A DNA stretch of 60,567 nucleotides from NCBI GenBank assembly GCA_964354025.1, contig CAYGXQ010000002.1, positions 51,798 through 112,364 on the forward strand. Reading direction: 5' to 3'. This document shows, one piece after another, positions 8,715 to 16,872 of the stretch (within the stretch, counting starts at the first letter, position 1; each line of letters starts with the position of its first letter). Source of the stretch: an uncultured Gammaproteobacteria bacterium (GTDB lineage Bacteria > Patescibacteriota > Microgenomatia > 2-02-FULL-39-11). A program made the translations under genes and the position numbers. Under the pieces are notes generated by a model. The model did no database searches. It saw nothing but the letters and a program-made list of their open reading frames with translations, and was not told where the DNA came from.

Positions 8715-8915
8715 ATGACAGAATTAAGAGGAGAACCCAAAGTATATTCAGAATTTTTTACTAACGTGGCAGTAGCTTGGTTTTCAGCCGGAGTAATTAC
8801 TCCATTATTTATAAAGCCTACTGATCTATTTGGGTTTTTACCAAGCGCTATCGCCATAGTCGCTTCCTGGGCGTTTCTAAATATTGCTTCTGCGTTTGCA
8901 AAGGAGGTAAAATGA
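8715..8915 (+). CDS. Small 2-TM membrane protein, family member 1
   Basis: SEFFTNVAVAWFSAGVITPLF aligns with AEFLGNFALAWITFGLISPVF (18057..18254) and SEFTANLGLIFFATGVTPLF (58099..58308). The paralogs support the plus strand over antisense ORF 8657..8992. Confidence 0.65.
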   Translation: MTELRGEPKVYSEFFTNVAVAWFSAGVITPLFIKPTDLFGFLPSAIAIVASWAFLNIASAFAKEVK

Positions 8916-9004
8916 TCACTGAGAATATCTGGTTGGCTTACGCCATTGGGATTATTATGAGTAGTATCGTAATTTTTTATGCTTATTTTCACCTGAGAAA
9001 ATGA
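8912..9004 (+). CDS. 30-aa single-TM micropeptide
   Basis: Not in the ORF track (<60 aa). ATGA overlap with the upstream stop; AGGAGG lies 6 nt upstream. Sequence: MITENIWLAYAIGIIMSSIVIFYAYFHLRK. A positional equivalent is at 18259..18363. Confidence 0.5.
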   Translation: MITENIWLAYAIGIIMSSIVIFYAYFHLRK

Positions 9005-9011
9005 GGAATTT

Positions 9012-9095
9012 ATGAATATAAATACTATTGTTTATATCCTGGCTTTTGTTTTGGGCGCGGTTGCTTTCTACATTGCTTTCTTTAAAATAAAGTAA
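9012..9095 (+). CDS. 27-aa single-TM micropeptide (MNIN family)
   Basis: MNINTIVYILAFVLGAVAFYIAFFKIK, with a GAGGA SD-like box upstream. Paralogs: MNINTVNTILMIIAFILLAGLGYISFAKDRKK (18373..18471) and MNLNWLQTFYIVGALVLLAIAIIAYPTLKSRSKK (57998..58102). Confidence 0.55.
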   Translation: MNINTIVYILAFVLGAVAFYIAFFKIK

Positions 9096-9106
9096 AGATA
9101 TTCTTT

Positions 9107-9157
9107 CCTGGGTCTTGTCGCCGTCGTTCTCCTCGGCCTGTCGTGGCTGTTATAGCC
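9107..9157. repeat. Repeat family C copy
   Basis: See 3343-3390. Confidence 0.7.
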
Positions 9158-9254
9158 TCTTATACCACTTTCTATTCTATATCCTTTTCTTGAAAAAAAT
9201 TAGATAATAATTATAATCATCTCAAAACAAAAGAGTATAATATAACTTACATTT

Positions 9255-10406
9255 ATGTTGCAAGAAAATAGTCCCCCAACAGCTACACCGTCACTGGCGG
9301 ATGCCGAAACTCAACAATCTGAACCCCAACCATTGGAAATACTTGGTAGAGCCGTACGGGAGAGATATATTGTCCAGACGGCTGGGACATTGGCATTTTG
9401 CAGGTCATTAAAAGAGACAGACAGTATAATTTTTAGTACAGCATATTCCGGCGATGCAGGTGAAATACTTGATAGAATGGTGAGTAATATTAATGGAACA
9501 AAAGGATATGCCAGGGTTATTGATCTTCATAGCCAGAAGATTGGTTTTAAAGGTGTATTAGAGGATATTGATAAAGCATGTCAGGCAGTTTCAGTAGCAG
9601 GAAGTGCTAGACCTGCCGATGATTTTGCGGCAGAACCAGATAATACACCTACAACCAGACCAGTATTAGTTATCAAGGGGTTTGCAGATATCCCAAATAT
9701 TATTACTACCAGTCCAATGCTGAAAAAAAGGCTCGTAACCTTTCTACGATTATTTATGCAAAAATACAGTGATTATCCTCCTGAACAACGACCGCTCATT
9801 ATTACTGATGCCTCAAAAGATGAAATGATATCGCTGAATGATGTTCTTGAGGTTAATATAACAGACCAACCTTATTATCGAATTCTTTTTAATGCGCAAA
9901 AAGTGCCTTTCGACCGGCTGGAAAAGATTCCCGAAGCGGTAGCTCTTGTGGCAGGAAGATTATTAACTATCGCTGATGCCATATTCACAGCGGATAAGCC
10001 TGCCGTATATCGTTTAATGTTGCCTTATGATTATGGACTAATTGCCGATCTTACGATGGAAGAGCTGATAAACCGGAAGCTATTGCATATACCGCCAGGT
10101 GTAGAAAGCCAGATTCAGTTGATTAATGCCCACGAGGCATTTCTGATGGTAGAGGATTTAAGAAATAATCACACCAAAATACCCGTGCATACAGGACAGC
10201 ATGATATTACTATTCTTGGATTGAGTGTGGATACCAATTATCCTGTCTTACGCAATTTTGCCGGGACTGGCGGCAATATTATTGCCATAACATCCGAGGA
10301 TAGGAATGTAGATTTTAGTTATGGACGATATGAATATACCCTTGATAAACCTCCTGTTTTTTGCGGTTCAGGACCATCAAATCAAGCTCGTCACATACAG
10401 GAATAA
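9255..10406 (+). CDS. Hypothetical cytoplasmic protein (383 aa)
   Basis: Long ORF with no TM and no motif I can name with confidence. There is a weak AAA-like colinearity (RPVLVIKGFADI, PLIITDASKDEMI) without a Walker A motif. TATAAT at 9236-9241, no SD. Confidence 0.5.
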   Translation: MLQENSPPTATPSLADAETQQSEPQPLEILGRAVRERYIVQTAGTLAFCRSLKETDSIIFSTAYSGDAGEILDRMVSNINGTKGYARVIDLHSQKIGFKGVLEDIDKACQAVSVAGSARPADDFAAEPDNTPTTRPVLVIKGFADIPNIITTSPMLKKRLVTFLRLFMQKYSDYPPEQRPLIITDASKDEMISLNDVLEVNITDQPYYRILFNAQKVPFDRLEKIPEAVALVAGRLLTIADAIFTADKPAVYRLMLPYDYGLIADLTMEELINRKLLHIPPGVESQIQLINAHEAFLMVEDLRNNHTKIPVHTGQHDITILGLSVDTNYPVLRNFAGTGGNIIAITSEDRNVDFSYGRYEYTLDKPPVFCGSGPSNQARHIQE

Positions 10407-10546
10407 CTCCTGATTTCTCCGAAATTTTTCTCTTTAATAAGATATCTTAAGTTATATTAAATCATATTAGTTTATATATTATATCAGTACGAAACTATGC
10501 AGAGTAAAGCTATTTTTTTCCTTATGATGAAGCGTATAATTATGTT

Positions 10547-11071
10547 ATGTCCAAGCCCGGTTACGAGTATCTTCTGACCTATCAAAACTCAGTCGAAATT
10601 TACGATCTGACGGTGGAATTTGTCGGGAAATTCCTGCCGGGAAGAGAAAATCTTAGAACTCGGGAGCAGATGGTTCAAGCCGCCCGCTCATCCAAACAAT
10701 GTATAGTTGAGGGATACTTGCAGAAAAGTACGAAGGGTTACATCAAGCTTTTGGGAGTGACGAGGGGATCTTGGGAAGAATTACTGGAGGATTACCGTGA
10801 TTTTGCCAGAACAAGAGGTTTTCAGATAAGGGACAAGTGGGACACAAGGGGAAAAAGGGACAAAATGAGAAAATATCTACTTCCTCTCGACCCTCTTTAC
10901 CCTCTTAACCCCTTTATCCCTGTTAACTATCTGGCCAATCTTATCCGTCGGACCAACTATTTACTGGATAGACAGATGGCTTCTTTGGAGAAAAAGTTTA
11001 TCTCAGAGGGCGGTTATACAGAAAAACTCTTCAAAAAGCGTTTGGATTTCCGGAGAAATACGGTGAAATAA
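10547..11071 (+). CDS. Four-helix-bundle protein (23S rRNA IVS-protein-like family) with a low-complexity insert
   Basis: YLLTYQNSVEIYDLTVEFVGKFLP...QMVQAARSSKQCIVEGY fits the family pattern. A GGG-word arm (10829-10865) and a CCC-word arm (10891-10924) form an imperfect inverted repeat encoding RDKWDTRGKRDKMRKYLLPLDPLYPLNPFIPVN. Confidence 0.65.
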   Translation: MSKPGYEYLLTYQNSVEIYDLTVEFVGKFLPGRENLRTREQMVQAARSSKQCIVEGYLQKSTKGYIKLLGVTRGSWEELLEDYRDFARTRGFQIRDKWDTRGKRDKMRKYLLPLDPLYPLNPFIPVNYLANLIRRTNYLLDRQMASLEKKFISEGGYTEKLFKKRLDFRRNTVK

Positions 11072-11086
11072 TCATATGGGTAGAGC

Positions 11087-11917
11087 TTATCCTAAATATT
11101 TCTTCATGATCTCCCGGTAATTTTCACAGAAATCCGAGACGAACCGGCTGTCCGGCAGAAAATTCAGGAGGTCATATTTAAGTTTTTGCGGAGTAGCGGT
11201 TTTTTCGATCTGCGCCGAAAGCCTGTTTTTCAGCTCTTTTTCATTTCCCACACCGGTGATTTTTTTCAGACACTTCCAGTTCGGCGTCACTCCTTTATCA
11301 AAGTACCAGAAAAGGTCGTAGAAGTCCCGTCCCTTTATATCAATCTCATTTTTCTTCCCCTTAAACCACAACCGATATAAAAACGCATGGATTTTACCGG
11401 CCATCAGAGTGGGGAGGTCATAATGACGGACGATGAAATTAAATCCCATTCGGGAAACGGGAGTAAGTGACATCCCGGCAAAAGGTAAAATATCATTTTC
11501 CACCTCAATTTTTACATATAATTTATCACTTTCACCGGCTTCGGCCATGGACAACTTTTTTAAGATAGGGAATTTCAAATATATTCTTTTTGTTGATTGC
11601 ATTTTGGTTTCAAGAAGGGCGACATATCTCTCTTTTATTTCCTTTTCCAGATAGGCGTTGAGTTCTTTCAGGGAAAACTTTTCCCGCTTTCGGGTATCGA
11701 TATCGAAATCCAAATCTTCAGAAAGTCTGGGCAGTCCGAAACAGATTCGAAGGCATGATCCTCCCTTAAAAATCATATTTTTGTATTCTTTGCTGTTGTA
11801 AATATTTTCCAGTACGGCGTATTGGATATGCTCTTTCAGGTAGTTTAAGATGACAGGTTTAGCGATACCCATTTTTTTCTTTTCGGCAACGATCTGTTTC
11901 AGAATGTTTTTATACAT
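11087..11917 (-). CDS. AbiEii/DUF1814-type nucleotidyltransferase toxin
   Basis: FKGGSCLRICFGLPRLSEDLDFD motif. 8-nt overlap with the upstream partner gene. Confidence 0.8.
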   Translation of the reverse strand: MYKNILKQIVAEKKKMGIAKPVILNYLKEHIQYAVLENIYNSKEYKNMIFKGGSCLRICFGLPRLSEDLDFDIDTRKREKFSLKELNAYLEKEIKERYVALLETKMQSTKRIYLKFPILKKLSMAEAGESDKLYVKIEVENDILPFAGMSLTPVSRMGFNFIVRHYDLPTLMAGKIHAFLYRLWFKGKKNEIDIKGRDFYDLFWYFDKGVTPNWKCLKKITGVGNEKELKNRLSAQIEKTATPQKLKYDLLNFLPDSRFVSDFCENYREIMKKYLG

Positions 11918-12542
11918 AGTATTTTGATTGTATCAGATTATATACCTCGTTCACTTTTCTGCTTCCGGATAATTTAACATATTTATACATCGCCTTAAAT
12001 TCCGGTCTTTTCATGTTTTCCCAATTTATACGAAGCTCCTCAATTGTTTTTCCGTTTACCGGAGTATTTTTCAGGAAACGTAAATAAAGAAAATCAAAAA
12101 GAGCCTTAATTTTTCCGGCGCTAAAAACAGGATACTGATCATAGTTTTTAGCCGTAAAACCGGTAAATAGAGGAGGGGTGACGGAATAATAATAAAAAGC
12201 CCCCAATGCGTTTTTGAATATTTTGGTTTTTCTGGTGGAGACGCTGGTGATATTTGTTACCCCCTCAGTCAGCAGGCCGAATTTGCTCATGACATATTCA
12301 CCGGACAGATATGACGGTTCATAGATTTTATTCGCGATATATTCCGGAAATTCTTTATTCCCGGCTTCTTTTTCCCTTCTTTCACGGGTAATATATAGCC
12401 CGCTCTTCAGCAAAATCACTTCCCCCTTTTTTATCCAATAGGAAAGATTGTAATTTAACGAGTCTTCCCTCGGTTCAATTTGCCTGAGAGTTTCTTTGGT
12501 AAAGAGAATGACGTTATACTTCTTCAAATCCTGCAGTTTCAT
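11910..12542 (-). CDS. AbiEi-like antitoxin/transcriptional regulator
   Basis: Operon partner of the AbiEii-like gene. The N-terminal region (YWIKKGEVILLKSGLYI) resembles AbiEi wHTH proteins. Confidence 0.6.
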   Translation of the reverse strand: MKLQDLKKYNVILFTKETLRQIEPREDSLNYNLSYWIKKGEVILLKSGLYITRERREKEAGNKEFPEYIANKIYEPSYLSGEYVMSKFGLLTEGVTNITSVSTRKTKIFKNALGAFYYYSVTPPLFTGFTAKNYDQYPVFSAGKIKALFDFLYLRFLKNTPVNGKTIEELRINWENMKRPEFKAMYKYVKLSGSRKVNEVYNLIQSKYYV

Positions 12543-12673
12543 AACTATGGTTGTTTCCTAATTAATAGCAATATTCTAATAAATAAGAAACACTTTGTCA
12601 AGATGGATCCTCGCAATGACATGTTACTTGGAAACTATGGATAGGTACAAGTATATGTTTGCGACTGACTCTC

Positions 12674-15600
12674 TTATTTCTTTTTAGTATATTTCATGTA
12701 TTTATAAGTCGCGTAGCTTGAGTAGGGAGTTTTGCCGCCCAGCCAGCTTGACCACTCGCCTGGGGCGCAGCCGTTGCCGGCGCGCATTTTAAAATAATAA
12801 GTTTTTCCCGCAACAAGCTTTTTTATATCGATGGACCAGACGTGTCCATTCCCCGGATTGGCGGCAAATGACATGGCATATCTCTCGTCTCCCGGTTTGA
12901 AGCCGTAGATTATAAAATACGTATTCATATTTTCCTTGACGGTGGTGTAATAAAGAGTAGCTGAATTCTTTTTCATATTTATCTGGAATAAATCAGGATG
13001 GCCGAGAGGCTTGGGCTGTTGACACTTGGTATTGTCAGTGCTTTCGGATGAGCCGGAAGAATAAGTGTTGCTGGTGGAGTCAAGAGAGGCAAAATAAGAT
13101 AGATGGTAGGTATGAATTTTCGTATCAGTAGAATTTGAAATAAAACATTCTCCGGGGAAAGTTGGGGCGGTCGGATTGTCATATGTTCCACTGCAGGCAT
13201 TGGTAATTCTCACCCACGAAGAAGAGCCGACCGGTTTATACCCGATAGCGCCTGATGCGCCTTTGATGATGATGCTTATGGCTTTGTCAAATAAGAGTTC
13301 GACGCTGGTAGATCCTAAAGATGTGACATGGTCGCCTAGGGTATATCCGGACGGGATAGAATCGGTTGAAGGAGCGGTATAGATGACCGGAGGTTGAAAT
13401 TTACCGTCCCAGCCGCTGGGACCCATAATAACCGTTCCGTCCGGGATAGAGACAGTTACCTCCGGAGCCGAATTTAAAGTGGAAACAGTGACGCCGGTGC
13501 CGGTGATGCCTGAATCGAGCCTGACGACTTTATTGACGGTCATACTGGTGTCGCCGATAGTTATTGCGCCTGAAAGGTTCTGGGCAGTCAGATCATTATA
13601 CGTATAGTTTCCTAAAGCCATTAAGCCTCCGCCGATGTAGACGTTGCCGCCTGAGGCGGTACTCAGACCCGCCGAGGTGTCCAGATTGTTTGTTTTGTTG
13701 AGGGATATAGCCGTGATGCTGTTGGGCATTTGGACTTGGCCGGCGCTTGAAGAAAGCAATGTTGAGTCGGTGTAACTGCCGTTGGAAAGCACGGTCCGGT
13801 TAACATCAGTATAATACGGGTCATAGTCAACGTAATCGCTGACTGAGTCGCCGTCGGTATTGGGTCCTGTGGCGCTATTCCACCAGTTATTTTCGGCGTT
13901 CAGAGTCGCGGGTGAAGGATCATAGGCGACCACCACCGCTTTGTCGTAAGGAGCTGAGCCGGTGTCGTTGCCGGCAAAATTATTATTGTTGACCGTAATC
14001 CCGCCCAGAGTGATCCGGTCTGCCGTCAGCGTGGTGACGAAGGCCAGGCCGAAATCGTTACTGACAAAACCGTTATTGGAGACGGTCAAGCTGGTCAGTT
14101 TGGTTACCCCGTCGTTTGATTTTGGTATGATCAGGAGGCCGCCCCAATGCGAAGTGCTGGTATCGCTGGGAGTGAATTTGTTGCTGGTGACCGTGACGGC
14201 CGAAGTGTCATTGCCTCCATCGACCAGATAAAGTCTGACACCCGACCCGAAAGTATTACCCGAAATAGCAGCTGTTTGGAGTGAGGCAAATTTTATAGCG
14301 TAATGGACATCGCCGGTGGCGGTAAAAGTGTTATTGGTCAGGCTAAGATTACTCGTCACCCCATCGGTGGCAGTCGGATTAAAATTAAGGGCCACGTCAA
14401 GCCCGGTAGAATCATAGTTTAAAGTATTATTATTTATCGTCAGATGATCATAAGCACCTTCAAGAGAAATACCGGCAGTTGGTTCGCCGGTGGAATTGAT
14501 GATGCAATTTTTTATCGTCAAATAATTGGTGCCGGTGGTGATCTGTACCGGCCAGTCACCGGCTGCCGCTCCTGATGAAGGAGGGGAGAGGGTCATGCTG
14601 TCCAATATCACCTGATTGTCAGCCGTGCCGGCATAATTGACGATGACCGTTGCCCCGCCGGTGGCCGCTCTTTGGATGGTAGTATTGGCGGCGCCATTGC
14701 CTTTGATGGTTACCGGTTTCGTGACGGTAAAATTATCAGCATAAGTTCCTGAAGCGACGTTGATGGTACCGTTATCGGCTACCAATGTAAGGGCGTCGCT
14801 GACGAGCGCGCCGGCGGCATCGGTCTGGTTGACGTTGACGGTGGCCGCGGTGATGCCGGTGGTGCCGGCCACCAAAACAGCGCCGTTGGTCAAAGTAAAA
14901 CTAGTTGCCGTTGGACTACCGGTTCCGACCAGCTGGGCGCTTTTATTGATAGTGACGTCTTCAGCATATGTTCCGGCTCCGGCATTTATCGTCCCGCCGG
15001 CGGCAACCAGCGTCAAAGCGTCGGCTATTTTTGCTCCGGTTGCGCCAACCTGATCGACATTGATGGTTGCCGCGGTGATACCGGTGGTTCCGGAAACCAA
15101 AGTGGCACCGTTGGTCAAAGTAAAACTGGTCGTTGTCGGATCTCCGGTTCCGACCAGTTTAATATTTTTATTGATGGTGATGTCTTCGCCGTACGCGCCG
15201 GCAGCGATATTAATCGTTCCTTCAGCCGAGACCAAAGTCAGCGCGTCAGCGATTTTGGCGCCGGCCCCCCCGGTTTGGTCGACGTTAACCGTCGCCGAGC
15301 TGATACCCGTTGTCCCGGCCACCAGAGTCGCTGTGTTGGTGAGAGTAAAACTGGTGGCCGTCGGACTGCCGGTTCCGACCAGTTTAATATTTACATTGAT
15401 AGTGACGTCTTCGGCGTATTCACCGGCGGCGACATTGACTATATCGTCAGCGATAGCCACCGTCATTGCTTTGGTCATCGACAGATAAGCGCAATCCGGA
15501 GGCGAAATAGGAGGGGCATCGACCAGCCCGCTGCAGGTGATATCGTCTCCGTTCGTCCGTACATACATAGTTGTGGCGGCATGGGCTGACTCAGGCAAAA

Positions 15601-15724
15601 AAAAGAATAACAGGAGGAACATGGCGGTCAGATAGCCCAACTGAAGAAATGATTTCCGGTGAACGGATAATTGAAGAAAAAAAATGATCAGAAATAAAAA
15701 CACCAGGCAGCTGAGATAGTACAT
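12674..15724 (-). CDS. Large secreted/surface beta-helix repeat protein with C-terminal FN3-like domain
   Basis: The ORF extends to 15931, but the ATG at 15724 (MYYLSCLVFLFLIIFF) or 15622 (MFLLLFFFLPESAHA) gives a signal or anchor sequence. Contains three 75-aa tandem repeats, G/T/N-rich beta-helix-like sequence, and a C-terminus GKTYYFKMRAGNGCAPGEWSSW. Confidence 0.7.
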   Translation of the reverse strand: MYYLSCLVFLFLIIFFLQLSVHRKSFLQLGYLTAMFLLLFFFLPESAHAATTMYVRTNGDDITCSGLVDAPPISPPDCAYLSMTKAMTVAIADDIVNVAAGEYAEDVTINVNIKLVGTGSPTATSFTLTNTATLVAGTTGISSATVNVDQTGGAGAKIADALTLVSAEGTINIAAGAYGEDITINKNIKLVGTGDPTTTSFTLTNGATLVSGTTGITAATINVDQVGATGAKIADALTLVAAGGTINAGAGTYAEDVTINKSAQLVGTGSPTATSFTLTNGAVLVAGTTGITAATVNVNQTDAAGALVSDALTLVADNGTINVASGTYADNFTVTKPVTIKGNGAANTTIQRAATGGATVIVNYAGTADNQVILDSMTLSPPSSGAAAGDWPVQITTGTNYLTIKNCIINSTGEPTAGISLEGAYDHLTINNNTLNYDSTGLDVALNFNPTATDGVTSNLSLTNNTFTATGDVHYAIKFASLQTAAISGNTFGSGVRLYLVDGGNDTSAVTVTSNKFTPSDTSTSHWGGLLIIPKSNDGVTKLTSLTVSNNGFVSNDFGLAFVTTLTADRITLGGITVNNNNFAGNDTGSAPYDKAVVVAYDPSPATLNAENNWWNSATGPNTDGDSVSDYVDYDPYYTDVNRTVLSNGSYTDSTLLSSSAGQVQMPNSITAISLNKTNNLDTSAGLSTASGGNVYIGGGLMALGNYTYNDLTAQNLSGAITIGDTSMTVNKVVRLDSGITGTGVTVSTLNSAPEVTVSIPDGTVIMGPSGWDGKFQPPVIYTAPSTDSIPSGYTLGDHVTSLGSTSVELLFDKAISIIIKGASGAIGYKPVGSSSWVRITNACSGTYDNPTAPTFPGECFISNSTDTKIHTYHLSYFASLDSTSNTYSSGSSESTDNTKCQQPKPLGHPDLFQINMKKNSATLYYTTVKENMNTYFIIYGFKPGDERYAMSFAANPGNGHVWSIDIKKLVAGKTYYFKMRAGNGCAPGEWSSWLGGKTPYSSYATYKYMKYTKKK
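14726..15400 (-). repeat. Three tandem 225-nt coding repeats
   Basis: IN.NIKLVGTG.PT.TSFTLTN.ATLV.GTTGI.AAT.NVDQ...GAKIADALTLV...GTIN.AAG.Y.ED.T repeated three times. Confidence 0.85.
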
Positions 15725-15818
15725 TTTATATCTAAAATTATCGTATAGTATGTTTAACCATGCTGTCAAGTGTATTCGCTGCTGACTTTCAAATAAATAT
15801 TTGTTAAAATCATCCTGT

Positions 15819-16769
15819 ATGGTCAAGTCCGCTTTTTCTTCCAAAATCTTTCTCGACGGCGGGGTGTCGGAAGAAACAGCCGAAGCTAAAAAGCTACTAG
15901 GCTTTCTCGACGGCCAGACGACCAACCCCACATTGATCGCGAAGAATTTACTAAATAGAGGGGTATCAGGTATCAGGTATCAGGTATCAGGTATAGATAA
16001 GAAGAAAAAAATACTTAATACTAAATACTTAATACCTAATACCGAGAAAGCGGCTCTTGAGGAGTATAAAAGAATTGTAAGACAAATGAGTAAGGTTATC
16101 CTTCACGGATCCGTTTCTATCCAGGTTTTTGCCGATCAGAAGACCAAAACCGCCGAGATGATCAAACAAGCGAGAGTTAGGAGAAAATGGATTCCCAATT
16201 CTTCAATCAAAATTCCCTGCGTGGCCGAAGGCCTGAAAGCCGGAGAAATACTTTGTAAAGAAATGCCCCTCAATTTTACCCTCGTATTTTCCCAAAGCCA
16301 GGCGGCGGCTGTATATGAGGCAACAAAGGGAGCCAAATATCCGGTTTTCGTTTCACCATTTGTCGGCCGGCTCGATGACGGAGGAGAGAAGGGGATGGAC
16401 GTGATCGCCAATATATTAAGAATGTATGAAAAGAGCGATCATCATATTGAAGTGCTTACGGCCAGTGTACGGAATTTAGGCCATATTTTCCGTGCTTTTG
16501 AACTTAAATCAAACATTATTACTATTCCCTTCAAAATCCTGAAAGAATGGGCAAGTCTTGGATTCCCAACAAGCCTTAAAGACACCTCGAAGGTGTTCCG
16601 AAGGGACTCCTTCGAGGTGGAGGAATCAGCAAAGACTGATCTATTACCGATTTATTATGATTCAAGCGTCAGGCTCGGCCAACCCTGGCAGTCTTACGAC
16701 CTTCACCACGACCTGACTGACAAAGGCGTCACCTCTTTCTGGACCGACTGGATGGGATTGTTTTCATAA
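15819..16769 (+). CDS. tal: Transaldolase / fructose-6-phosphate aldolase family (short type)
   Basis: KIFLDGG...LDGQTTNPTLIAKN, SIKIPCVAEGLKAGE, NFTLVFSQSQAAA, VSPFVGRLDDGGEKG. The ATG at 15819 is preferred over the TTG at 15801. Carries two in-frame repeat-derived inserts. Confidence 0.85.
   Translation: MVKSAFSSKIFLDGGVSEETAEAKKLLGFLDGQTTNPTLIAKNLLNRGVSGIRYQVSGIDKKKKILNTKYLIPNTEKAALEEYKRIVRQMSKVILHGSVSIQVFADQKTKTAEMIKQARVRRKWIPNSSIKIPCVAEGLKAGEILCKEMPLNFTLVFSQSQAAAVYEATKGAKYPVFVSPFVGRLDDGGEKGMDVIANILRMYEKSDHHIEVLTASVRNLGHIFRAFELKSNIITIPFKILKEWASLGFPTSLKDTSKVFRRDSFEVEESAKTDLLPIYYDSSVRLGQPWQSYDLHHDLTDKGVTSFWTDWMGLFS
15959..16043 (+). repeat. Heptamer-periodic imperfect hairpin inside tal
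   Basis: (GGTATCA)x4 arm, A-rich loop, then the ATACTTA ATACTAA ATACTTA ATACCTA ATACC arm (about 25/33 complementary). Encodes GVSGIRYQVSGIDKKKKILNTKYLIPNT right after the conserved TTNPTLIAKN motif. Confidence 0.8.
16573..16625 (+). repeat. 53-nt palindromic element inserted in frame (copy 2, in tal)
   Basis: Identical to 2711-2763 and read in the same frame (LKDTSKVFRRDSFEVEE). Confidence 0.9.
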
Positions 16770-16872
16770 ATCTATCGATACCTTTTGCTATATCTGTTTA
16801 AAGATATTTTATCTATAATGCCTACGCTTACTTGTAGCTTTCCTCTGCGTTCCGTTATAATACCCTTCCGCT

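Noticed and set aside
8657-8992. 111-aa minus-strand ORF antisense to the small-membrane-protein genes
   Set aside because: The plus-strand products have paralogs at two other loci with the same gene order and coupling signals. The minus-strand ORF has no such support.
9255-10406. Possible degenerate AAA+ ATPase fold in the 383-aa protein
   Set aside because: Only Walker-B-like and sensor-like strings are seen (VLVIKGFADI, IITDASKDEMI), and there is no Walker A. Too weak to call without profile searches.
12979-15589. Multiple 60-140-aa ORFs on both strands inside 12674..15724 (e.g. 14760..15053, 15060..15488)
   Set aside because: They lie within the long beta-helix repeat gene, and their Val/Pro/Thr-rich translations mirror the tandem repeats. 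They are antisense artefacts of repetitive GC-rich coding sequence.
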